Assembly (NCBI GenBank): GCA_013265495.1
Contig: MU058456.1
Span: 124,001 to 188,000 of the forward strand
Reading direction: 5' to 3'
DNA from: Vicugna vicugna
Lineage: Eukaryota
DNA: 64,000 bases
The notes beneath the pieces were generated by a model. That model was given only the letters and a program-made list of their open reading frames with translations. It made no database searches and was not told where the DNA came from. Made by a program: the position numbers and the translations under genes. Shown here in pieces: positions 1 to 12,500 of this stretch. The first letter of the stretch is position 1, and each line of letters opens with the position of its first letter.

Positions 1-131
1 TTAGAAATTTATATTTTCAGGCTTCCCCTCCAGATCTACTGAATCAGAAGCCCTGGGGATGGAGCCAGCACTCTTGTTTTAACATTCCCTCTAGGTGATT
101 TTGATGCACATGAAAGTCTGAGGACCAATGT
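1..131. mobile_element. MER5A-like hAT MITE fragment
   Basis: cagatctactgaatcagaa...ggtgattttgatgcacatgaaagtctgaggaccaatg resembles the MER5A terminus. Confidence 0.7.
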
Positions 132-339
132 TCTGAGTAGTAGGTAATCCTAGGGATTGGTGGTTTAGCTTGAGGAGGACCAGAAAGCACCTGTCATTAT
201 ATCTAAAACCAAGTGTATGTTCATATATATTTTTCTGAGTGGATAGCTTTTATTCCTTTTATTCTTAAACAGGTTCCATGACTCCAAATTTGGGACTGTT
301 TCTTGCTTTCCATTACTACCACTACTTACCCTTTGATCC

Positions 340-770
340 AGTCCCTTTGCCTCTATCTCCCCGTGGCAGTGATAATGATCATTCTAGGAATCTGACATAA
401 TCCCTCTCCTGCTCAAATGTCTTCAGTGGCTCCCAACAGCTTGTGTTAAAGTAACCTCTTAGCAGGACAAATAGCTCCTTCCATCAAGGATTATTCTTTC
501 TTGTGTCTCTCTAATCATTTTCAGCCTTTGGTCTATCAGTAATAAATGTTGAATATTCTGGACCACACTTTGGCCCTCATACGTCCCTGCCTTTGTGTAT
601 TCTTCATACTCAGTCTGGAATGCCCTTCACTGTTCCTCCCTCCCTCCCTGCCTGGCTAATTCCTATTTGTTCAAGATTCAGGGCAAGCAACATCTCTTCT
701 GGGAAGTGTTCCATTGGCACTAAGTTTAAGTGGCCCTCCTGTAAGCTCCCAATTCTCCCGGTGCTTATTC
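340..770 (+). mobile_element. L2 fragment (5' part, interrupted by Charlie1)
   Basis: tctggaatgcccttc...ggctaattcctatttgttcaagattcagggc...tctgggaagtgttcc is typical of the L2 3' region. Confidence 0.65.
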
Positions 771-774
771 CTCT

Positions 775-2071
775 AAAATATTTGGTCTTAGAATCCCCTT
801 AGACCTTTAAAAAATTATTGAGGACACTTTCAATACTGGGCACCAAAAAAAAAAAAATTACTGAGGACCCTAAGAGATTTATGGGATATCTATCCATATT
901 TATTACATTAGAAATTAAATCTTTGAAATTTAATATTTGAAACTCATTTAAAATAATTATAAACCCATTATGTAATTATATAAATGATGCATTTCTTAGC
1001 CCCCTCCTGATGACTGGGGGTGATAAATGATGCATTTTTATGATAAAGTGATCTTTTCCAAAGAAGAATTTTGAGAAGAGTGGCATTGCTTTACATTTTT
1101 CAAAACTCTTTGATGTCTGGCTTAATAGAAGACAGCTGAATTTCCATAGCTATTTGTGCTTTCAATCTGTTGTGATATGTTTTGGTTGAAACATATGAAG
1201 AAAATCTGGTCTCACACAGATAAGGAATTGGAAAAAAGGAAACTACTTTCATAGTCTTTCTAGATAATTCTAGACATTCTTGTTTGATACTACACCAAAT
1301 TTGACATCTGATAGTTTCTTAGAGTGCAGTTGCAATGCGGACTGAACCGGAAACCATATGAATTAACTTTTTGTATTCTGCTACATTAAAATCCATTAAA
1401 ATATAATCTATCTTATATTTGGATGACTTTTTGATTTTGTAATGGCATGCATTGCTTATTTTGAAAACAGTTGTTCATTGAGGTGTAGAGATCTTCCAAA
1501 TGTTCACTTATTTTATTATATAATGTTAAAAAATACATTTGTTAATATCACTGGTATTTTTAGCAGAAAAGTCTAAATACTGGAAAGTTGTCAAGCTCAA
1601 GGAGGTGGATATATTTTATAAAATTTGGACTTTTGCATGAAAACTCAGTCATGTAAGTGCTTTTTCAGGAGATGTCCATCCTACTTGGGCATGCAGCAGG
1701 AGTACTCACCATTTCTTTACACATATTAAAAGAGGTGTGTGCTAGGGTGAAGATTTAATAAAATTAATTTTTATTCCTTTGTCAAAGACATTCTTAAGTT
1801 AAACTAGCTTGTTTTAAAAATCTTAAATGTTGTGTGCTATGAGTACAAGGAGGTGGAGAATACAAAATACCACTATTTGGCGCCACCGCCTTGATTCTTG
1901 CTTAAGGTGCCAGCAGTGACTAATGTTTTTATACCATCAGTGCAAATGTCAGCAAAGTGAAGAAGGTCAACAGAACCTTAGTAATACTATTAAGTGTTGT
2001 GACCTTGAGAACCCACTGAAAAGGTATCGAGGACCCTCCGGGTTCTGCGAATGGCATTTTGGGAACAGCTG
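775..2071. mobile_element. Charlie1-like hAT DNA transposon fossil
   Basis: aaaaattattgaggac...gagaagagtggcattg...ggcttaatagaagacagctg and the end atcagtgcaaatgtc...ttttgggaacagctg match my recall of Charlie1a. Confidence 0.75.
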
Positions 2072-2222
2072 CCCTAGTTTCACACTCTATTACTTGTCTC
2101 TCATTAGCTTGCAAGGCCTATGTGAACCGTCTGTAACTGTCTTGTATGTGCCCTTGTCTAAGAGTGTCTGGTACATAACACTCAATAAATATTAACACCT
2201 GCGGAATGAGCAAGCAAATGAC
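2072..2222 (+). mobile_element. L2 3' terminus (continuation)
   Basis: gtgtctggtacataacactcaataaatatt...gaatgag...aatga is an L2 tail. Confidence 0.6.
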
Positions 2223-2379
2223 AAGTTAAAAACAACGGCTGCATAGCCTTCAACTTACTGCCTCCCTCTTTAATTCAGTCTGAATTTGCATGTTTTGTAA
2301 AAGTTCTCAAGTTTTTTTCACAATTAGGACGCCGGCCAATTTTCTAAATAGTTGGGGTCGGGGAGTTGCCTGTATGTAA

Positions 2380-3550
2380 TAAAGACATGTTATAGCCTGG
2401 TCAAGTCATTTTTCTGTGATGGCTCGAGTCATTCCTCCTTCACAGCTCCGCACCGGCAGGCCAGGCCTCTTGGTTCCCCACTCCCACCTAGAGCAAAGAC
2501 TGGAAAGAGCAGGGTCTTCCTCGTTTACAGGGGCACAAGAATCTGATCGAGTTGTACCGGGGAAAAAATTCGGTAAAAATCTTGGCGGGGAAAAGAAGAG
2601 CAAGAACCACAGCTGCAGGTACCTGGGAGCACCAGGCCGCAGCCTCGCGAGACCCGGCGGGTTGCCGGGGCGACGCTTCCGGCTGGCGCGCGCAGCCTTG
2701 GGAGCAGGGGAGTTGTGAAACGAGCGGCTAGACCTGCCCGCCGCCGTGAATTCGCCAGCGGGAGCGCGCTCGCGGCCGCGCGGTCTCCGCTTTCCTGGCT
2801 CCGTCGCTGACGCGTCGTAGACGTTGGGGAGCGGGTGGCAGCGGCAGCGGGTTCGGGATGAACAGCGGCGGGGGCTTCGGTTTGGGCTTAGGCTTCGGCC
2901 TTACCCCTACGGCGGTGATTCAGGTGACGAATCTGTCGTCGGCAGTGACCAGCGAGCAGATGCGGACGCTTTTTTCCTTCCTAGGAGAAATCGAGGAGCT
3001 GCGGCTCTACCCCCCGGAGTAAGTGCTCGGGCACGGCTGGGGGAGGGGCGCGGGCTCCGGGGAGATCTCGGGAACCCAGGCGTGGGGGAGGGCGGACGGG
3101 GGCGCGCGGTGTGCGTCACGTGATCGCCGGCTTTACCTTGGTGCCCATGTTTGATTAGGGCACCGCGGCCCCGCACCGCGCTCCTGCTTTCCTAGTTAGT
3201 CGGACTTTGCGGGGTTAATCTCTGCAGAGACTCCTTACTAAGGCCTTAGAGAGGTTGCCTTTTTCGTGCCTCCCGGACTAATGGTCGCCGCCGGGTTCTC
3301 GAATTCTTTCCCCTCCTCCTCGCTCCCCCTCCCTTTTTTTCCCGAACTTAAGATGGCCGCAGGTGGGCCCGGAATAGTCCTCATGGCAAACGCCTGATAG
3401 CGTTTCTGCGACGTGAAAACCGCGGAGATTGCGCCTGAGAAACTGTCCAGTTCTTGGGGCCTCGGTGCCAGGCCGTTATCGCGGACGAGGAGGCCCGGGA
3501 CTCATGACAGGATGGGATCAGGGCTAAGGTTGTTCCTCAGGGCCGTGTTC
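2380..3550 (+). promoter_or_regulatory. CpG-island promoter of SREK1
   Basis: Dense CpG/GC content around exon 1. Motifs: E2F-like TTGGCGGGGAAA (2582), CTCGCGAG palindrome (2644), ETS CTTCCGG (2676), E-box GTCACGTGA (3115), YY1-like AAGATGGCCGC (3350). No upstream ATG in 2700-2857. Confidence 0.9.
2858..3018 (+). CDS. SREK1: SREK1 coding exon 1 (start of RRM1)
   Basis: gggATGaac at 2858; [53 protein letters not shown](D); donor GA|gtaagt at 3019. Confidence 0.96.
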
Positions 3551-6500
3551 ACAAACTTAGCATCTTGGTTGATCTAACCGAGCTCATCCATGTTGTTAAA
3601 GATCATGTCTGTTCGCCCTTTTGGCACCAGATTAAAATTTCCTCATGGAAGGTCACACTGTCCTAAACCTTTCAGAAAAAGTAATGGTCGGTGCAGGATC
3701 ACTCCTGCTGTATACTTCTGAAAGTCCGAATCTGGACTGGCATTCACAGTCCTCGGACGCTTCCCAAGTAGTGTATTTGAAGTAGGATTTTTCCTTGTAC
3801 AATACTATCTTTTCACAAAATTTGTAAGGGCTTTGGGGGTTGTTTACTTTCTTACACGCTTAAGCTTTTTAAAGCTAGAGCTTAGAATCTGGAAATCCTC
3901 GGTATTTTCTTCATTGTGTCAAAATCCTTTGAAGGAAGGGGTAGTAGTTGCCAAGCATTTTTCTTTAAAAAATTTGTATTTGACTTTTTGGTTTATTTCG
4001 TAGTGTTGCATGTAGACCTTTTTCTCTTCAGTTTTCTCTCTGTAAGTTTATCGCATTGCTGCTACAGCATAGATACTGATAAAAGTTGATGTTTGGATTT
4101 TTAAATTTTATTTAAGTTTTTCTTCTAATTTTTGTTTTGAAATATTTCATGCATACCGAAAAGTTGAAAGAATAACACCCATGTTCCCTTCACCTGCATT
4201 CACAGTTTGCCAGAGTTAATTTCTTTGTGTCTCCCCCTCTCCTTGTCTCCAGCTCTGCACCCTACCACCCACCCACACGCACACCCCTTCCCTTTTCCAT
4301 CCTTTTAAAAGTAGTTGCGGACACCATGACTATTCACCCTTCAACACTTAAGTATGTGTGTCTTAAGAAGTACATTATTTCTGCATTACCGCAATACTAT
4401 TAACACATCGGACAAATTTAACATTGATGAAATAATATATAACATCTAAATTTCTCCAATTATTTTGATAGCGCTTTTTTCCCTTTTTTAATCTAGGATA
4501 TAATCAGAGACCACTCAAAGCATTTGGATATCTCCTTTAATCTAGAACAGCCCCTCCTTTAAAAAAGTCTTTCGTGACAATGATATTTTTGTCTTGTAAT
4601 TTATTTTGTAGAATGAGTCATCTAGGTTTATATAGATTCTTTCTACCTGAATAGATCAGTTAGTACATTTTTGTCAAGAAAGCTTAAGTTCATGCACATC
4701 TTTATTGACTAGCTGTGGCATATATAGTATTGAATAGCTTACTTAACTTTTGAAAATGCTTTCAGTTATCACTTCAAGCACTCAGAACATTTCTTAATAA
4801 TTGATGTGTTTGGAGGAGTGCTATATTCTGAAAGATGGAATTAAGTAATAAAATACTTTGTACGTCAATCTCTGTAAACTAACCTTGCTTTCAAGGTTGT
4901 GGTAGTGTCTCATGGGTAGAAGAAATAAATCACAGAATATTCTTCATTGCCTAGATGAGACCACGTACACAGTTGAAACGTCTGCTAGGGTGGCAATATG
5001 CTGCCAGTTATTGTCTAACACTTAGTAGTGGACTATTTTTTGAAATCAAGTGTTAATTGTTTGGAGTTTAAAAGTCAAAGAGAATAAAAAGCTCTGCACT
5101 TAAACAGTGCATTAGTATAGAGTCAGTGTGTCACAAACTAATGCATTTTGCAAAATTGTAACATAAATATAACATGTAGGCCAGGCACAATCCTTTTTCC
5201 ACAAGTTCAGTCCCTATTCCTGTTTTTTCAAAAATATTGACATGCTTTACTAACAAGTATGTTTTCTGCTCTGTAATGAGGTTGTCATTAATCTGGTCCT
5301 TGTATTAAAGATGTGTGTCCAAATTTGGACTGAAATGGATAAAAATGCAATAGAAGTTGTATTGAAGATGTGATTATTTTTGCAGTGTTGCAGAAACAGT
5401 ATTTTACGATTTACCTTTGGAAGCTGAGTGGAAATTTATTTGTTATGAATTTGGAAATATAACAGAATATGAAAATTTCTCATTAACGTTTTAAGAATTT
5501 AGTTGTTAATATGAAAATTCAGATTTTAAATTTAATTCGTTTGGCATAAAGCATTATTCTGTTTCTTTTTAAACATTAGGCATTAGTGTAAACATTCATC
5601 ATAAACATTAAAAATTATTTGTGCTGCCAGATGATAAATATCCAGAATTTCTCTTTTAATTTTTTGTGCAATAAAAGATTCTAATACATCATGAAAACCT
5701 TTTTACAGTGGTAAGAAATTTTTGTTTTTTTTCCTGTATATGTGCATGTAGAAAAGTGTATAGGTTAGGTATATATAGCTTGATGAGTTCACAAAGTGAA
5801 CACACGTGTGGAACCAGCACCCAGAGAGGACTCTCTGTGCCATAGGAACTCTCCTTTGCCCCACTTCCAGTGTCTTATCCCCAAGGGGTAATCCTAGCCT
5901 GATTTCTAACACCGTTTCTAACATCAACACCTGTGTTTTTTTTTTCTTGCTGGTTTTCTTCACTTCTCTGGTCTTTCAAAAGTATTCATAATGTAAAATC
6001 TCTCAACTAGTTTTTCTAGTTAAATATTTTTAGTTAAATTTATTTACTTAAAAAAGTTAATATAATCAGTATAATCATTTTATGGGAAATAGAGAAAAGG
6101 AAACCCTGCCCCTTTATCCTTCCACCCTATCAAAACCTCTCTCCATTTTGTTCCATTCTTTTTTATATACATTTAATATAGTGTAATCAGAGGATTTATA
6201 CATTGTTGGTGTAAACTTTTTCACTCAGCCTGTAGAAGCGTTTTTCTTTGCTGTATTTTATCGTAATAATATTTAAAGACTAATGTTTCAAATGTATGTG
6301 TTTTTGAAATTCTATCATTGGATGTATTGGTTCCCTTTTTTGAGGGGGGGAGGATTGCTGGCATTTAGTAGGTGTCAGGGATTCATAAGGAAATCTTACA
6401 CTAAGGGGAATTATGCCATCCAAAGTATCCCTGGAGCCCTGCTGAGAAACTCTGTTTAAATTATGTCACTTATTATTTTCATAAATAAAACTATGTACTT

Positions 6501-9500
6501 CATGTTTTGGATTGTGTTCTTTTTGCTAGCTCCTCGAAGGCTGTATATTAATATAATAAAGTATTGGACATACTATTATCACATTTTTTTTTTAAAAAGA
6601 TTGTACAGTGCCATCACCATGTTCAATGAAAAGCAAGATAACAACAAGTTAGGGTCCAAGAACTTTAACTGATGCTCAAAAAGTTGGTTCTATGATTTTG
6701 CATTGAACTCCCAGTAAAAAGTTCTGATTTTTCTGAAAAATGATTGTAGAAAGTTTTATATTTAAAAAACCAAACCAAAACAAAACTTAATTCAACAAAT
6801 GAGGTGAAAGTAAAATCTGCTATATTTGGGTACTGTTACTTTCTTTTAGAAGCATACATTTGGACCAAATGGAGTATGTAACCCCTTTCAAAAATTAAAA
6901 GTATAGGTCAAAAATTACATTTTAAAGTGATAATCTTGTTTAATTTTTTAAAAAGTAAATCTGTTTAATAGCTTAGGTATACCAGAGAGAAAGATCTAAA
7001 TGTAAGGTTTGGAAACATACTGATTTACAAATATAAAAATACACAATTGTTCTCTGAGATACTTGTATTTAAACTTGCTGCTGTATCATTTTAGCCTATA
7101 ACATTCAGAATAAAATAGTGTTACTACCTCTCCTGAAAAGCTAATATGTTTACACTTTTATAAAGTAAATACTATGGTGATCTTTACTCTCTATTTTAAA
7201 GAAGGCAATTGGAGATGAAGGTGAAGAAAATTGCTTATAGCACTGGTGGAGCCACGTCTAGTATCCATTCTCTTATGGTGATATTGCTGTACAGAGCAGA
7301 CTGGCATTTTTTAAGCACTTCCTGGGCTTCTCAAATCTCAGTGGCACGTCTTAACATGCAATTGCTTTACTAGCCAGGCTCACATTCCTATTCCTGTGGA
7401 TATTTTAAGTTTGAAATGATGTGGGTTTCAAGCAGGGTTATTTGGAAATATTTGTAGTTTTTAACAGTGATTGCTTAGGTTTCCATCCTTTCTCAAAAAG
7501 ATATGTCAGTTTAGGAAATGTAGTTTCCATGGTGGCTTGTCAGTGCTAAAAGAGTATACTTGTTGCCATTGCTGTGGCTTTAGTAGCTCATTGTAATTAT
7601 AGATTTTTTTTTTTTTGGTTGCAGAGGGCAGAAACAGTGTAACTCAGTCTACCTCAAGAAGAGACATTATTAAAAAGGTGGAGATATCCATAAGTAGAAG
7701 AATAAAAAGTATAGTACAGCCAGGCCCTATGGGAACTGGGACCGGGAACTAGAGAGCTGTCTGCATCCTAGGCGACTGTCTGCCTCTTCCTATCAGAGGC
7801 TTTATTGTCGGCTCAGTTTGTTTCTGCATATCTGCTCAATTTCTTTGCAGACCTATTCTGTACTCACCCATCTGGCATCTGGCCCAAGCTGTTACTCTAA
7901 GTGACTTTCCAGTCCAAGAGAGAAAATCTGATTGTTCAGGTTCATTTGGTCAAGCCACCCAAATCACAGGTTTCTGGTTAGCCAGTGAAATGGGCCCTTG
8001 GGTCATGTGGCTAGTCATGTGTCTAGAAGCTTGCAAGATTTGTTGAGGGTGTCACTTTAGGAAACTGATAAGGCCTGTGCTGAAAGTATGTAGGATGTCT
8101 TGATAGGACATATAGTGGGGGTACCTTATCACTTTAATTTTTTAAAAATGACTTTCCAAGGAGACTTGGAAACTTGAGCCTTGAAGAAAAGTGGAAATAC
8201 CATTCAAAAAGGGAGTGAGAGAGGACATCATAGCCAAATGAAACATATACAGAGATGGCCCAGATGTTCAGAATGTGTCAAGGGAACCACAAGTCTTACA
8301 TGCCTGGATTTTTGGGTGCATTTAGATGATAAAGCAAGAACAGAAGGGTATCTCTGAGGAAGTTTAAGCAGTGGCGTGACATAACAAAATTTAAGGTTTA
8401 AAAAGATTACTCTGGCAACTTTTGTGAAAGACTTAATAAGCAGTTGAGATTGCAGGCAGTGTGATTGGTTAGGAGCCGTTGTAGTAATCCAAGCGAGAAA
8501 TGGTTGAGGGCCTGAGTGAAGGCATTGATGATGAGTGATGAAAGAATTAATGTGACAAATATTTGGGAGGTAGTCTTCATAGGATTTAAAGACCAATTGT
8601 ATGACGAAGAAGGGGGGAAAGTGAAAGATGGAAATAACCCACAAATGTCAGTAGTTTGATAAAAACAGGTTATTTCTTATACTAAACTGGGGTAGTGGAG
8701 AAGTCTGCTTGTCGTGGTCACTTGAAGCAGATGTATCAGCCACTCATTTCTTGAATGTTGCTGGTCATCATGGCAGAGGAAGAGAACCGAGCAACTGCCC
8801 TTAAAGCTACTAACACGTGTCAGTTCTGCTCATGTTTAATTGGCTAAAGCAGATTGCAAGGCCACACCTAACTTTGAGGAACGAACTGGAATTTTACCAT
8901 GTAGCCAGAAGGTGATTTGTGACTATTTGGTGAATAGTACTATTGATGGTCAAATTAGTGACTCCCAGATTTCTGACTTGGATAATGTGGTAGTATCTTT
9001 AACTGAGATAGGAAATACAGGACAAAGGACAGGATTGGTGAGGAAGGAGGATGATGAATTTAAGAAAAAGTTCAGAATTGGGCCCTGTGACCATCAAGGT
9101 GAGCAGAATTCCAGAACGCACTTGGTTCTCGGTATCTAGAGCTCTGGAGATGCCTAAATTGGAGATTTGGTAATGTAAAGGCTGGTAAAGTCTATATGCA
9201 AATGTATTTACCTCATGACAAATATACATAAAATGACTTAGGTGGCTTAGATGTTGAGTAGGAAGAGATTGTTGGAGAGGGCTGGCCTGAAGCCTGAATA
9301 GGATGGCCTTCAGCAGGAGTGAATTGATGGGTTGGGTGAGAAAGTAGAGTTTTTGCTACTTTAATTAGCCTGACTAGTTAAGTTATGTTAATAACAGTAT
9401 AAATAGTTTCTAGTTTTAGATGCTATTTATTTTATTATCAGTGTTTGGTTAGTATCATAAATATATTTAGCCATTATCAAGATGGAGTTGTTTCTATATG

Positions 9501-12500
9501 TAATTTTTAAATTTAAAAAATGATGAATATTTATGAATTTACAAATTAAAGAGTATGTTAATAGTATATTAAAGTGGCTTTAGAATTCTTGATTAATTGA
9601 GTAATTAAGGTTGCATGAGATGTGGAATTAGATGATTAGGCTGTAAATCCCATCTTTGCCATTTACTAGGTCTAAGATTATGGTCAGCTTCCTTGATGTC
9701 TTTTGTAAAGAAATTACTGCTATTGCACAAGGCGTATTTGGTATCTTTCAAATGATCTTTTTTAGTGTGAAAAACCTTAATGTTTAAAAGGATTGTACAT
9801 TTATGTTAAACATTAGATACATCTTTAGTTTGGTTCCTTTTTTACTTGCCAATTCAGTTATAGACTTTAATTGAACGTAATTATGGGCAAGTTGACAAAA
9901 TCATCCTCCATGTGAATAGTGTATTTTGGAGTCTAACAAGATGGATTAATATTATGGAAAAATTGATTTCATCTGTGCTCTGTCTGGCTTCTTTTTAACA
10001 TAGACCTGCCTAGACTGAACTGAATCTATGAGTCTGTGCTATTTTGCGTATAAAATACGTAAACTTGTGTTTGTAAAATCTTCTTCTTGGAAAATCACAA
10101 GCTGCCTAGCCTGAAGAAGTCTAGTATATGCAAAAGACCTTGATTTTAATTTCTGGTTAGCATTGTTTCTAAGACTCTTGTGAAATTTTTAGTGATTTAC
10201 ATGCCAGGAATCACATAAGGAAGGATTGGGGGTGGTTACAAAATTTGAAGTCTTGAGGATTGGTGCTTTTATGAAAAGGGATTTTTGCCTGTTTATGGTG
10301 ATGTACTAACTGAACATATTTGGGTTAAATCAGCTGTTATCACTTTACACTGAGATTAAGAATGTGTAAATTTAAATTTCACGTTTTTAACAAAAAGATT
10401 GTAAGCTTGCTTAGATTGCCTTCAGTCTTTGTAGACAAATTGCCACTAAAAGACTAAGTTCTGCTGTCTCATGTCTTAATGATCCTTAGCAATAAAAATT
10501 CCTGCCTTGATTATGTAAGATTACATAAAGATCTAAGAAAGAAATTTTAAATGAGAATGACAAAACCAACCAGATGTTTATTAGTTCAATTGTTTTTCTT
10601 TTTATCTTGCAGCAACGCACCTCTTGCTTTTTCTTCCAAAGTATGTTATGTTAAGTTTCGTGACCCATCAAGTGTTGGCGTGGCCCAGCATCTAACTAAC
10701 ACGGTTTTTATTGACAGAGCTCTCATAGTTGTTCCTTGTGCAGAAGGTTGGTATCTCATATGTTTTTAAAATTATTTTGATCTCTGTCCTGTCTGTTACT
10801 ACCATTGGCTTTCCTAGAAATTGGCGAGTAGATAGTACTCTGGTGTTTGTGTGTATGTGTATTTGTGTGTAAGTAAAAGTAAAATTTGGAGAAGGAAAGA
10901 GTTTTACCTAATAATAATATATATTAAAATGGTTAATTCATTACTTATGTATATTTGAGATTTATAACTAAACATTTAAAAATTCATAAATTACTTCACT
11001 TCTTGGGCTTGCTTTGGCTTTCTATATTTAATTTGTTGCAAAGAAAGCTTCCTGACATTAAAATATTAAGTTGGTGGAGGAAATTATTTTAAATATATAG
11101 ATAAGTATTTTCCCCTGTGTATATAACATTAATGATAATAAATAAAAGCAGTGTACACATTTTGCCAAATTGGGGTTAGGTAGTCGTATTTTTGCTTGAG
11201 AAAAATATTCATTATTTAAGCTTTAAAGTATCCTCTTAAGGTAATTTACTTTAATTGTTACTGAGACCATTATTTCATATTCAGTGTAATTGTTTACTGT
11301 GGAACTGGAATTTACTTTTTTATTTTGTTGGCTTTTTTTGCGGGGGGGTGGTAATTGATGAAAAATTATGGAAAGCAATTTTCCAAAGCCTCTGTCGAGG
11401 AAATAGTTGTTGAAGGTGGGAACAGGGCCAAAGGCCTTATAGTTATTTGTTAAATTTTATGACTTAACCTGCTTTAAAAGCTAATTATTATTAATACTTA
11501 TTTTTTAGTAACTTTTGTTTACAGAGCCACTCACATGTAATAGGCTGTGCTGAATTTGACTGTTCTGGTGTGTAATTAATTTGTATTTAGAGCACTGACT
11601 GTGGCATGTGTACATTCTAGAATTGGGTTATTACAGTTTAAATGTCTTTAAAATATATTTTCACTGGTGACTGATGGTAACTGTGCCACAACATAAAAAA
11701 TTTACCTGAAACAATTTAATGAGTTTTCATAGGTAATGTCTTAAAACCTTTTTTAAGTATTATAAAAGTTTGCTGCACTTTTAAGGTTTTATGCTTATTT
11801 CAGAATGCCTGTTCTGGGATGTCAAAAACATGACAGTCAGATACAGTGAGTACTACTGTGTTATTTTTGAAGTCCCAGAATAGAACTTTCTAGGTTTTTT
11901 CAGATAAATTTGAAAGTATTTTTCCCATTCCTGGGAGTTAGAGTGGATTACAGTTAACTGTTTGTGAAATCTGTCCTTATCTACTGATCTGTAAGGGGAC
12001 AGTGACCCCAGAATTGGAGAACAAGGTGAGAAAAGAGCTATTGTGGTTTAGTTCTGCATACTAAGTTCATACCAATTTCACATCAAATAAACTGCATGGG
12101 AAAAAATATCAAGTAGATGATTTATTAAATGGGAATATTAATTGTATCAAAAAATTAATGCCACCAGCAGTACAGAATCTTGTATGATGTTAACTTACTG
12201 AATTGGAGGGAAGAATTTTATTAGTGTTGCTTTGTTGGAACCTTGCTGTATTCCCATAGAATTTTTCATGCATTTGAGGAGTTACCATGGTTTGTCATAA
12301 ATGTTCAAGATTATGGGCATATAGAGGTTCCCTTTTTTGTTTGTTTTATTTGATATAAATGAATAAATGCACATTTATTATAGTTTTGGAATATTTTTAA
12401 TGTTATCGTTTTGAGACAAAATTTCACAGTTTTTGAACATGGAAATTTAAACGTATTTTTATTCCAATTTAGTTGTATTTTAGAACACTAAGCTATAAAA

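Noticed and set aside
2352..3176. ORFs of 64-100 aa in the CpG island
   Set aside because: GC-rich sequence lacks stops and most start at non-ATG codons; the real frame is the ATG at 2858.
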